A DNA stretch of 64,000 nucleotides from Octopus sinensis (Eukaryota), in NCBI RefSeq assembly GCF_006345805.1, contig NC_043000.1:50592001-50656000 (forward strand). The letters are read 5' to 3'. Positions within the stretch are counted from its first letter, which is position 1; every line of letters starts with the position of its first letter. Positions 51,671-64,000 of the stretch are shown here, one piece after another. Below the pieces are notes generated by a model. That model was not told the origin of the DNA. It did not search any database and saw only the letters and a program-made list of their open reading frames with translations. A program made the translations under genes and the position numbers.

Positions 51671-53489
51671 ATATTCAGACTTTCTTACACTTAATTGTAT
51701 TAGAATGTTGGTGTTAATAGCATTTGTCTCTCCCTCTTTATTTATGCTTTCCACATAATTCTTGCTTGTTAATTCATGAGACATTCATACATTCTGTTAT
51801 ATTTATTTATATTTCTATATTTATAGTTCTAATCTGTTCCAAGCTTTTATCAAATGTGCTGCACTTTAAACATTTTTGGGGCACACATTCTACACAATAG
51901 GTATTTAGTTTTGTTTCTCTACATTTTAAGTTAAAATCCTCTCTTTGATTTTTATCTCTCTAGAGCTGATACAATAAGTACCAGTCATGCACAGGATTGA
52001 TTCAATTGACTGTACTTCTCTTTTCAAACTTGTGTAAGGAATCATTATTTTATTGTTATTCTCTAAGGATGCCAAGTTTGTAACCTAGTTTTTATTCCCA
52101 GTTGAAATCATTTTGCTTTGGTTATATTATTAATGCCTTTGGGTAAAAGAAAAAGGACACAAAATCTCATTTCCCTCCATAAGAAAGCAAGCAAAAACCA
52201 AAAAACAGATATAAAAAAAAAACATGTTTTGTTTTTTTTTTCTAGATTTTCTTTCTTGCGTTGTTCCAAATTGAATCGATACATTTTCATGCTTAAGCTG
52301 ATAATTCTAGCAAGACAGGTTTTCCACTTGTGCACATAGAAAACTGAAAAATATTAACATATGTCTGTATTTTTAAATGTATGTGTGTGTACTGAATTGC
52401 AGAAAATATTATTAATATAACTTATTCTGATTTATATGAGTTTCCATTCCTTAAAATAACTTCATACGAAAGTTAATTCCTATTATACTGTAAATATTGT
52501 GCGGAAAAAACTTGAGATTGAAATTTCAAATAATCATTTACCAACAATATAGTTTAATTAACTTTCAAATATTACATTGGCAAACACTATTTGCTGAAGG
52601 TTGTTATAGAACAGAAGGTGGTATACCAATTATATCAGTCATAAAAATATCAGATAATCATATAATCATATATGGTTTCTTTATTAAACATAATAAGCCA
52701 AGATAATTATAAGCAAGTAATATGATACCATTGTGAATCTAAGATCAGATTAAATGAATCCTCTCATATATTGGATAACAGCAATGAAAAGAACTTTTCT
52801 TGGAATGACTTTTATTACAAATAGTTCTTCTTAAATTATATGGTCTTCATAGTCACATATAATTCCTATAAACCTGATTTATAATTACTTTGGTCACCAT
52901 TCAAAGGCAATAATCATGGGACTAACAACCTATTTCCTGAAATAGTTGTTATGTTGCTTACTTAATTGTGTTTGCCTGACTGATTTGTAGATGTTATATC
53001 ACTTGTAAACAAATCAAATCATTTACAACAACCGAGAAAGAAGTAAAAAAGAAATGGAAATGACAAAAAATAGAATTTCTAATTATATCAAGGAAACTCT
53101 AAAATATCTGATAGGAAAAGGCCAGTAAGAAACTATGTAAATAGTTTTCTTTTCTTGAATACCTAAATACATCATTGTTTATTTATCCATTTAATCATTG
53201 TATTTTCTTTTTAGGGAATATAAGAGTGAAAGCAGAAAATTAATGTTTCGAAAATAGTTTATAGTAATTTCTACTTGGATTTAATATCGTGTGAAATTTT
53301 AGTTTGTGGTTATAATCAGCTCTGTTATAAGTCAATATGCATTTAAACAGTGAAATATTAAGATATTAATATGTTATTTAACAAAGTAATATCACATTAT
53401 TTATTTGACCAATATCATAGAAGTCTTCAGAAAATTTGTTTATATCATCATTATTATTAAACAAAAGCTATTACTGTTTAGTGAACAGA

Positions 53490-53740
53490 GATGTTATGCT
53501 AAGGTTTGGTGAAAATTCTTACAACTCAAGAACTTTTATTAGGATATTTGCAGAATACTCGATGCTACTTTTCTGCAAGTCAGTAATGTGCCTCACTTCC
53601 AATATCCTTTGATGTCTTAGATAGTAGTTTGGGTGTTGTGCCATAATTACCACAGAAACAATATTCACTCTTGTGTTTCATAATTTTTCCACCACTAGAT
53701 CATATTTCTAAATTTTATCAGTTTTCATCCATCTTCTAGG
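53490..53740 (-). mobile_element. Highly decayed R4/Dong-type endonuclease fragment
   Basis: Minus strand resembles K..KY.DL...VV...DLQKS..Y.ANIL and is flanked by ATT repeats. Confidence 0.4.
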
Positions 53741-54052
53741 GAGTGGGACCCTCTTTAGACTTGATTGGAAGCCCAAAGTGTTGGTGACCCAGTAAAAATA
53801 TCAATAGTTATGTCACCTTATTATTTATTAGTTTATTATTTAGCTTCACTCTTACCAACTAAGTGAAGTCAAAATGCTTATTGGCATTTCTTTTGGTTTT
53901 ATGTCCTTTGTTCAAATTCAGCCAGAATGTGCCTTCTTTTCAAGGTTGATAAAATAAGTACCAATTGAGCACTGGGGTTGATGTAAATGATTAGCCCCAC
54001 CCTGCAAAACTTGAGGCTTTGTATCTATTATAAAAAATTTTATTATTATTAA

Positions 54053-54110
<58 letters not shown>

Positions 54111-54464
54111 TCTCCATTGCACAGTATTGTAATTACTACAACATTTTCTTTTACTTCAAATTAACTATCAAACCTTTTAGATAAAAATAAACTGTTTCAA
54201 GGAGGAAAGGGATTTTTTTAATCTGTTCTCTTATCTTGTCTATTATTGGAGTATATTCTTGTCCAAATAATCCAGGTAGTTTGCAGCTTAACATTGATAG
54301 TAACAGAAACCAGCTCAGGAGCACATTGTTTGAGTATATGTACATTGTAGGAAACAATGATATTTTGTGTTGGATTGATCAAAGAAATGCTTGAATCTGG
54401 AAGTTGTGTACATGTAGTGATGTGATGGTTGAGTAAGGAATAATTTTCTACACGTGCAGTATGT

Positions 54465-54783
54465 GTGGAGGCACAATGGCCCAGTGGTTAGGGCAGCGGA
54501 CTTGCGGTCAGAGGATTGTGGTTTCAATTCCCAGACCGGGTGTTGTGTGTGTTTATTGAGCAAAAACACCTGAAAGCTCCACAAGGCTCTGGCAGGGAGT
54601 GGCGGCGACCCCTGTTGTACTCTTTTGCCCCAACTGTCTCTCACTCTTTCTTCTTGTTTCTTGAGTAACACTGCGATGGACTGGAGTCCCTTACAACTGG
54701 GGGCAACACATACACCGCCGAAACCGGGAAACTGGACCCATGAGCCTGGCTAGGCTTGAAAAGGACACAAATAAATAAATAAT
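54465..54783 (+). mobile_element. Full-length tRNA-derived SINE with 11-bp TSD
   Basis: A box TGGCCCAGTGGTTAGG, B box GGTTTCAATTCCC and (AAAT)n tail. GTGCAGTATGT is duplicated at 54454-54464 and 54784-54794. Confidence 0.9.
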
Positions 54784-56300
54784 GTGCAGTATGTAGTTGG
54801 GATTGGGAATGAAATGTGGCTTTATCTACATGAGTATTAATTATATAGCTATCTTAGATGGGTATTTGTGAGCAGGACATTTAGCTTGTATGGATTATCT
54901 TGACAAGAGACCTGAACATAGAACAACATGGAATATCAGGAAGCTGGTTTGTGGTTCAGGTAATTCATTAAAGAGCCCTTTGCTTTTATGCTAGTTGTCA
55001 GGATATTACTCTGTGGAGTAAATATTTCTCAGTTTTGGTTATAGTTATTGGTTGCAGTGTTGTGAGCAACTTATGTGAGATTTGTGCATTTGAGGTTTTT
55101 GTTGGGTAAAGGATGTGGAAGTACTCACCTACAAGGATAGCATTTGATACTTTTTTTTTAGTTATCTTAAATGAGTCAGTAACATTTCTAAGTATTTTCA
55201 CCTGAGAATTTGCAGAGCTTTGACCAGCAATCTGACCGATTTAGAACTAATGAAGTTTTACTACTTTGCAAATATTTTCAGTGACTTAATATTATTTATA
55301 AATATTTAATTTAAAAATGAAAACTGAATTGAAATGCCTATCATTTTTATGGCATGTTTAGATTAGTTTAGAAATAATTTGTAATTTTACTGTTGGATTG
55401 ATCAAGTCTTCTCTCTGTTACTAGAAATCAATATCTTCTTTACTATGTTACATTTTGACTATAATGACAAATTATGAGTTTAAATTGTATTTTTTTCTGT
55501 TTGCAACTTTTCCATAAAATTGATATAAAATGTAATATAATACTAAAAAAATCTATAAATTTGTGTCATTATTTTAAAGCCCATGTCATCATTTCAATAA
55601 TTGGTCTCTTTAATGGGATTATTTCTGCAAAAAAATCTTTTATTATTTTTCTTTGAGATAAACAAACACCAAGCCAATAGCAAAAGAAATGAAATATTGG
55701 ATTCTAAATTGCAATTAAAGAATGATTTTTATTTGAGAAGCCTGTCTTTTAATAGGCTTCCCTTGATTCATGGTCTTAAAAAATGCAACATGAAAATAAC
55801 TGCTCTTTGCAATACACAATATTTTATCTCCACTTTTCAGAAAGAATTATGCAATCACCTTAAGAATAGAGAAGTTCAAAGATTAATAGGCTATTTAAAA
55901 ATTACCTCATAGAATAACTAACATTCATATTTCAAAGTTTGTCTCAAGAAAATAGTTTGATGTTCAGTTATGTGCTAATAATAACTCACTAAACAGTGAA
56001 GCTGCAGCATGACTCATAGAAGTCTTATACATAGAGTTATATAACAATAAGTGTATATAATGTTGTTTAACCCCAGGTCAGCACTGATTGAATACACTTA
56101 TAATCTAAAAATTTTCCAGTTATGTCTATCCTGTTTTGAGTTTTAAACAGTAAGGTATTATTTGAGGTAGGTTTGGTTGCTATTTCATGCCAGTTGAGTG
56201 ACCACATAGAAGCTCTGTTATTGGCTTGTTTTCTTACAGTGTACTTGTTTGTATCATGTATTTCTTTGCATGTGTTTGTGTGTGTGCATGTGCCCATGCA

Positions 56301-57277
56301 TGCATGTGTGTTTTTAATGCCATACTGTTGAAGACAGATTTAGGCATTTTCTTTAATCCACATTTCTGATAAAAAGGCTTAAATTCTCTGAATCCTTCAA
56401 CCAGGACTTTCTTTTTTTTTTGTGATCTTTAATTGAAAGAGGTTAATATGGAAATCCCATTGTCGCAAATCTTTGTGCCTTGATGTCAGATGTGAAATTT
56501 ACAAAACCCACTTACTTGAAGTAGCTTATCATGGTAGCACTAGCAGGGGATATAAAATCTTTGCCAAATATGTGATCAAATGAACTCTGTCAGGTCTATA
56601 CAAAGTCATGATTTAGTTTTTTGTGCCCTCATTTTTTTTTAAGGCAATTAAAAAAAAAGATTTTATGCCTTTAACCCTCCAACACGGAGTATAGGCCACT
56701 TATAGTTGAATTCCATGTCACTTAATTTTTGGCCTCTGTACTTATACTCTGCCATGAATGTCCCCCTTTCTCTAGTTCTTTTATGTTGATCTCCGGCACG
56801 AGTTCTTAGGCCTACCTCTCCTTCTATATCCCTCAATGCCTGGCCAATTTTGTTTTGCTAATTAGTACCAAAAAGGATAGTATAAAAATTTGCAATCAAA
56901 AGTATACTGTATCAAATACTCTTTTATAAACTTTCTGCACCTGTATCATATAACAATACATTTTAGTGAAATACATTTAAAGTACTTCTTTTAGCTGTGA
57001 AAATATGAACATCTGAATCTTAGAGACATTTATATTTATCATAAATGTTTTAACATTTAATTTTCTATGACTGCATAGGCTTGATTGAATTTGCTGAGGC
57101 AGGTTTTTTTTTTGACTGGAAGCCTTTCTTGTTGTCAACCCTTGTTTCGAAGCAAGTTATTACTTCCTTGTGAAAGATTGAAGGATTTGGAGAATTTAAG
57201 CCTTTTTATCAGAAATGTGGATTAAAGAAAATGCCTAAATCAGATTTCAACAGTACAGCATTAATAACACACATGCA
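56301..57277. repeat. Dispersed 100-bp inverted repeat (56301-56400 / 57178-57277)
   Basis: 52-bp perfect core GATTTAGGCATTTTCTTTAATCCACATTTCTGATAAAAAGGCTTAAATTCTC and its reverse complement. Confidence 0.9.
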
Positions 57278-59787
57278 CATACACAAATACACACACATGG
57301 CTTCATGGAAGACTGGAAATGAGGTGCACCATTTTTATGACAGTGATACGTGTTTACAGCTACAAGTACCAAACCGCTTATCTAGAATCCAGAATTATCA
57401 AAATTTGGTTATTTTTGAAACTAGTTAGCTTTGAATTTTGTAGGCTGAAGTAGTTCTCCATGTGTCCACTTTGTTTTGGTTTCTGTGGTGTATGCATCAC
57501 ACAAAGACAGTTTTTAAGTGGATTCTTAAAGGTCAAACATACTCTGCTTCAAAAGTGTATTATTTTATACCAGTATCTCTTAAATAAAATTATGTTCTTT
57601 AATTTTCTTTGTTTATTTTTCATCCTATCTATATGTATGTGGTACAGTATTCTATATTTTAAGAGTTTTAAGAATTTTAAGTGGCTTACTAAAGATCAAA
57701 CAGACCCTGCTTTAGAAATGCATTAATTTGTATATGTTATACAATTTTGTTCTTTACTTTTCATTGTTTATTTTATATTTTTGGTATATATTTAGCCTGT
57801 GTCCAGAAATCTGGAAAATCCAGAAATCTGGGCCACCCCAGTCCCAAGGTTGCTGGATAAGAGGTTCAGTACTTCTTAACCACACAGCCATTCTTGTACC
57901 CTAGAACTGATATTAGTAACTGAAATGTGTCTATTACCAAAACTTCTGCATCAACCTCATCTGTCACATCTCAACTCTGTGTGTTTTTAGCAGACCTCAG
58001 TCTGTTGCAAGCATTCAAACCAGGTTCCCAGTTTGCAAATAACTTGACATCTTGATGTATTGTTTCATGCAGCAGCAATATATAACGTGTCGTTTCTTCT
58101 TTTTCCTGTGCTAGTGTTGCAAGTCTTACAAAACTCTTCCTTATCTGAGTGATAAAAGAAAAATAAATGGATGATACAGCTTTTGCTGAATGTTTCTACT
58201 TCTTGCAATTCTATCTGCCTCACTTTTGTTTATTAATTAACTCCAGACCTAATATTGTTTGGGATTTTTACTTGGCATCAAGTCAATATGCACAATCACC
58301 ATTGAACAATTTTGTCCATTTGTTGAGACACAAGCTCTGCTGTTGCAAAATGGCCTGTGATATCAGTGTTTACTGATATTGAAAATTGTAATCATTCCGT
58401 ATATATACATACATATGAATTGCATGTAAACACACACATACACATACATGCATTTTTATATTACTTTAAAAGTTTGAATTCCCCATATCTCATCTCCATG
58501 TACTTAATCTGTTTTTCTTGTTGCTTTCTTAATTTTGAATATCTATATTTGGTCTAAACTTACCTGTTATTTACTTCATGTTTTGGTAGATGATATGCTT
58601 TATCTAATGCAATTAAATTTCATTGTATTAGAGGCACTTCATATAGATATAGAAGCACAATTTTTGTGGTGTAAACTCTTAGCTTTAAACAGTTGCATTA
58701 AATGAATACATACTTATATGTTCAGCCAACTTGTATCATGATTGAAAGTTTTTTCTCTTTATATTAATATACATAAATTCATATAGTGAATTAGTTTATA
58801 CTTCTAACTTTGTATGACATGATAATTTCTGTTCACTATGATAATTCATTTCAGAGAGTAAAATTCCAACTGAGAGCATGTTATGACTGGATTCTAATTT
58901 TAATAATAAATTTCTATTTGTATTATGTCTATCTTTGCTACTTACTTTTAGAATATCTTTTTAATCATCTCTGAGACATATTTTTACAAAATTATTAAAA
59001 CACTATATTTATTTATTTACATTTTAAATAATTAATTGTCTGTTTTACACTTTATAGATAAACTAACATTGAGTTTGCCTAAGTTTGATGAAAGACGAAA
59101 ACACTTGGCACTGAGTATCATAAAGAATTGAGATATTTTCCTTTAATTTACTTGCATGTAAGCCAGAGCTTGCAATTTTAAAAATCAAAGCCATATAAAG
59201 GAAGTAGTGTATATATCTGGTTTTTACCCTGTTTTCAGCTGACTCTCATAACAATGAAAGATTAAAATCTTTTAAAACTGTTTTAATGATGTGTCATATT
59301 GAAAGTAAATACAATGATATAGCATTGACATAACCACGAGCAGAATTTGTTACATGTAGAGAAAATGAGTTAGTTTTGTCATCAAAACAAGCTAACCTAC
59401 CTGATGTGTTTCTTTTAATTTGTACCTTATTTGAGGTTTTGTTACTTCATTTGAAACAGAACCAATTTAGATTTTATGAAAATCAGTTATGGGCTTTTTC
59501 TAAAAAACTTTTTATAGATATTTCCAACATGGCAAAAACAAAGCCTGCAAAAAATAACATTACAGTAGAATCAAAGGTAACTATTGTTTCTGTTATGTAG
59601 AGAAAATGGCATTAATGATATATATATTTCTAATAGAGAAACTGACATCAAACTTCAGTGGTCATTGTGCAGAGTAAAAATTGTTTGACTCTGCAATTTG
59701 AAACAGTTTAGGAGGTGGGAGAAAAAAACCCTCAGCTGAACCCTTTTGTTACCATATTTCTGTTTAAATATGTTACCATTGTTTCAA

Positions 59788-59926
59788 TGGTACTTAATTT
59801 ATTGACTCTGGAAAGATGAAAGGCAAAGTTGACCTTGGTGAAATTTGAACTCAGAACGTAAAGACAGATGAAATACCACTAAGCATTTTGCCTGGTGTGC
59901 TAACGCTTCTGCTAACTTGCCACCTT
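59788..59926 (-). mobile_element. Nin-like SINE 5' part
   Basis: Contains GATGAAAGGCAAAGTTGACCTTGGTGAAATTTGAACTCAGAACGTAAAGAC. Confidence 0.8.
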
Positions 59927-60693
59927 ATTCCAGACTTAATATTATTTGGACATTTTTCATAATGTCATATCATTATGGAAAGCCACCATTGGACATGTTT
60001 TGTGTCCATTTGTTGAGATGTCCATGCTCATTTTAGAAGTTTGAAATACCCCATATTTTATTTCCTGGTCTTTGTTGGGGATAGGATGTCTTATAAAATC
60101 TACATGGCACAGGAGGAGATCAGACATCTGTCATAAACTGATGAAGTATAGGCTAACCTTACTTTTCTACATCAGTGGTTCTAGGAACTTGAAGGTGTAA
60201 TAATTCCTGGTGCATTCTTGAGACAACCTTAAGGCTTTCAAGGACATCAAGAACAGACTTAATTTTTGGTATGCTTCTAATTCAAAGGCCTAAGTTACCA
60301 TGGTATTATTTACTACATGGTTCACTAATCTACTTACCTCCACTGTATATGATTACCTCAAGACGGGTCTTCCATGGAAATTTGGTCCAGAACATTCAGT
60401 GATGTAATTGATGTTAGGAACGGTTTCCAGCTATAGAAACCATGTCATAATCAAGACATTGGAGTAGGATGTGATCTTCCAACCTGCATGAGGAGTGGAG
60501 TTGATTTGGAAGGGCGGTGATGATGTATATGAAATATATATATATATACACGTGTATGTTATTTGTGTAAATGTATTTGTGTCTTCATGTATAAAATTGT
60601 GTGTGTATATGCACAACAAATATATAAACGTAATATATATATATATATATACACATACAGAAATATATACATATATATCTGTGTATGTATACA

Positions 60694-60732
<39 letters not shown>

Positions 60733-62077
60733 CTGACTTTAAATTTTAAGCTGGTGCTTTGTGTATATCCTATTTAAAAACATTTTGATTGAATCAGGAC
60801 AGTAACTGAATTATACTGAAGATCCATTTTATATTTATATATCGATATATTATAGTTTTACACTATATCATTATAGACACACATATGTTTTTAATATTGA
60901 ATTTTAGTGTTTTATCTTTCCACATGTAGATATATTTTGATATGGTTTTATTTTGTTTCTCTTTAAAACTATGATGTTCTTTCATGTCCCTACTTTCTTA
61001 CTCATAAAATAACTTGTTCAAAATTATTGTATTAGATAAATTTTATTTGTTTCAACTTTTAGTTTTCAATGTACCATTGTTGAGTATGCACTTTTATCTG
61101 AAGTACTTCCTTGTGTTTTAAATAGATTTTTCTGTAAGCATAGAAAACTTTGAGAAAGATAGAGATGGTTATACTCACATTGGTTTAAAGGGGTTTTTTT
61201 CCACATCAGAATAAAGTATTTTTTGTTATTTTGAATGCATATAACTCTAATCAGTGAGGGTTCAATACTTTTGGAAAATCTATACCTTACTTGTTCAAAG
61301 TAGTAGCATTCTAAACAAGCTATTTTTGCACTAGTGAAATAATTTATTTACTTTTGTATCTTTTTAGTCATAGGTTTTAATCTATACTACAATTTTCAGA
61401 TTTATCCATAAAATACTGTCAGTATGTTTATTAAGCATATTCGCATTAGTGACTCTACCTATTATAACCACATAGACATACAAGCACACATGCACACACA
61501 TGCCTGAAAACGCTCATATATACATAATACAGCCTTTTGTATATGCAAAATCTCAGTGACATAGATAATTATCCTGTATAAAACACATAAATATGTATGC
61601 ATTTGCCATTTATAAGTAGATGGTATGATAGGTGCATACTTAAAAAGGTGTGAAACAAGAAAAAAAAAAGCATGATATATTCCTGGTATTGTCAATGCTG
61701 CTTGGCATCACTGGAAAAAGGGACAGTATCAAAAGGTGTTGAAGTTATTGACAGCTGATGAAGGGAATGCCACTCAGTGCATCTATGTAAAATGTTTCTT
61801 TATTTCAATGAATTCACTTTTATTTATTGAGCTTTACTTATTTTACCTTAGTAATTTGTTATGCTTGTGTTTATTTTATTGAATTTCATTGAAGCTCAAG
61901 TCTGTAAATATGAAAATAACTTAGTTACAAAAATTACATGAACTAGGAGTACTTTTCAAAGTTACATGTTTACAAAAGAAAAACGTTTTACACCTGAGTT
62001 CTTTTATCTGTGCAAGCTATATAGTTCAGTTTTCTACTCTGTATACACTCTGTCTGTTACTTACACTCACACAGACA

Positions 62078-62330
<253 letters not shown>

Positions 62331-63334
62331 GACAGACTGATAGAGACAAGTTGATATATCTATAGATAAATATACACACATTAATATAAACTTCCCTAGC
62401 TACAAAGACAAAAAAAATATTCTTTAATGATAAGGTATAAAATATTTTGTAGTATGTGAGAAAAAATAATAATTTTATCTCATCTATTCATTTATCTATT
62501 TTTTTTTAATTGGCAAAGGAAAAGTATTGTTAGTTCTGCAAGTATTTGTCCTTAAATTTCATTCATTATATATCTCCATTGACAAGCTTAACTAGTACTT
62601 CATTACATCTTTCTTGACATTTTTAGCAATTATATTAGTTTCAGTTTTGGAAAAGAAAATAAGGTTTTATTTCAGTTTTTATTGTTCAATTGTTGTAGTA
62701 GTGAAAAATATGACAATAAAATCCCTACATTTTAATAACTTGGAAAATATACAAATCAAACAAAAACAATTAATAGCATTCGCAATTTATAATAATGGAT
62801 AGTTGTATAATTTGAAATAGAGATGAATAGAATATTTGATACTTTAAATCAATGCATGGATCAATGGATATATTTTTTAAAATCAGAAATAATGATACTG
62901 ACATATGTAAGAATTTGAGAAAAGAACATTATAATCAAGAGCCATTACATGAAAATGATAGTTTTTATTTCCTCTTCATCTTAAAGATTGAATAATTTGC
63001 GAGTTTTCTGAATGAAATATAATTCCTGTAAAATTGGAGTATAAATGTTAGCAAAATATTAGAAATGAAATGGTTGTTCTCAAGTAATCTATTGAGGGTT
63101 CGAAGTACTCGTCACTAACTATGCCACTTGAATTCAGTGATAATTGAGTTTTCATCCTCTATGCATTTTGCAAGTTTTAAAGACTTGTATTGTTTAACTA
63201 GCTGAAAAATTGCTTTTTATATAATATCATATTTTGAAGTTTTGTCAGAATCAGTGTGCATTCATTTTGCCTTGACATGTTCTAAGTCAATTTGATCAGC
63301 AAATAAAATGTAATATATTTTAATATTTACATGT

Positions 63335-63575
63335 TTGCTGTTGTTTGTTCCTTCTCGAGCCACGCCTGGCTCATAGGGCCGGTTTCCTGGTTTCCTTGGT
63401 GTATAGGTTCCCCACCTGGACGGGACACCGGTCCGTTGCAGGTGAGCTGCAAGATGCAGGAGGAAAGAGTGAGAGAAAGTTGTGGTGAAAGATTCAGCAG
63501 AAGTTTCTCCATTACCTTCTGCCAGAGCTGCGTGGAGCTTAGCTGTGTCGCTCATAAACACACATCACCCGGTCA
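63335..63575 (-). mobile_element. tRNA-derived SINE related to 54465-54783
   Basis: Reverse complement shares GTGTGTTTA.TGAGC, AAGCTCCAC, CTCTGGCAG, CTCTCACTCTTTC and GAAACC..GAAAC.GG.CC.ATGAGCC with the copy at 54465. Confidence 0.75.
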
Positions 63576-63672
63576 CATTTACACAGATATGTAAATAAGC
63601 AGCTCCTGTATTGAGTTCTACATTGGATAATGTTTGCACCATGTATAATATATACCTTCTGGCTATATAGAT

Positions 63673-63857
63673 ATCATCATCGTCATCGTTTAACGTCTGT
63701 TTTCCGTGCTAGCACGGGTTGGACGGTTCAGCCAGGGTCTGGGAAGCCAGGAGGCTGCACCAGGCTCCAGTCTGATCTGGCAGTGTTTCTACAGCTGGAT
63801 GTCCTTCCTAAAGCCAACCACTCCGTGAGTGTAGTGGGTGCTTTTTACATGTCACCG
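63673..63857 (-). mobile_element. SINE family C
   Basis: Contains CATCATCGTCATCGTTTAACGTC...TTTCTACAGCTGGATGTCCTTCC...GTGGGTGCTTTTTAC. Confidence 0.85.
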
Positions 63858-64000
63858 GATATATATATAGATAATAATAATAATAATAGTCCAAGGAATC
63901 TCACATATTTATAAATTGCATCCTCAGATTATTATTATTATTATTACTATATTTATCCCACTTTGTATCAGCACAGCTTAGTATGATCTCATAAAATTAC

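Noticed and set aside
50607-51758. ORFs 50607-50984 (125 aa, -) and 51249-51758 (169 aa, +)
   Set aside because: No recognisable motifs or splice context, and the second ORF runs through a (CA)n tract.
61750-61800. CAGCTGATGAAGGGAATG, a possible hammerhead 5' half
   Set aside because: No stem II partner or GAAA downstream.

Overview
Very AT-rich, repeat-dense eukaryotic DNA. It is most likely intronic or intergenic sequence from an Octopus-type cephalopod, inferred from the SINE families and the (TA)n/(ATT)n microsatellite load. No intact long ORF is present: most of the ORF track is microsatellite noise or decayed transposon. Supported content includes many tRNA-derived SINEs (CORE-like and Nin-like), and fossil coding fragments of a Penelope-like element (PLE), R4/Dong-type restriction-like-endonuclease LINEs, RTE and CR1/L2 LINEs and a mariner transposase. 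There are also TTAA-flanked MITEs, a 168-bp solo LTR with a 5-bp TSD, two apparently identical tandem duplications (3x551 bp and 2x914 bp) bounded by (ATT)n tracts, and two candidate phase-compatible micro-exons of an unidentified + strand gene. The most interesting signal is a set of unrelated short elements carrying minimal type-I hammerhead ribozyme motifs at about 13.55 kb, 18.04/18.50 kb, 20.38 kb and 32.7 kb. Several sit in fold-back structures, often embedded in (TA)n, and in two cases the inverted arm breaks at the ribozyme stem III. SINE boundaries are approximate, and all alignments were done by eye.
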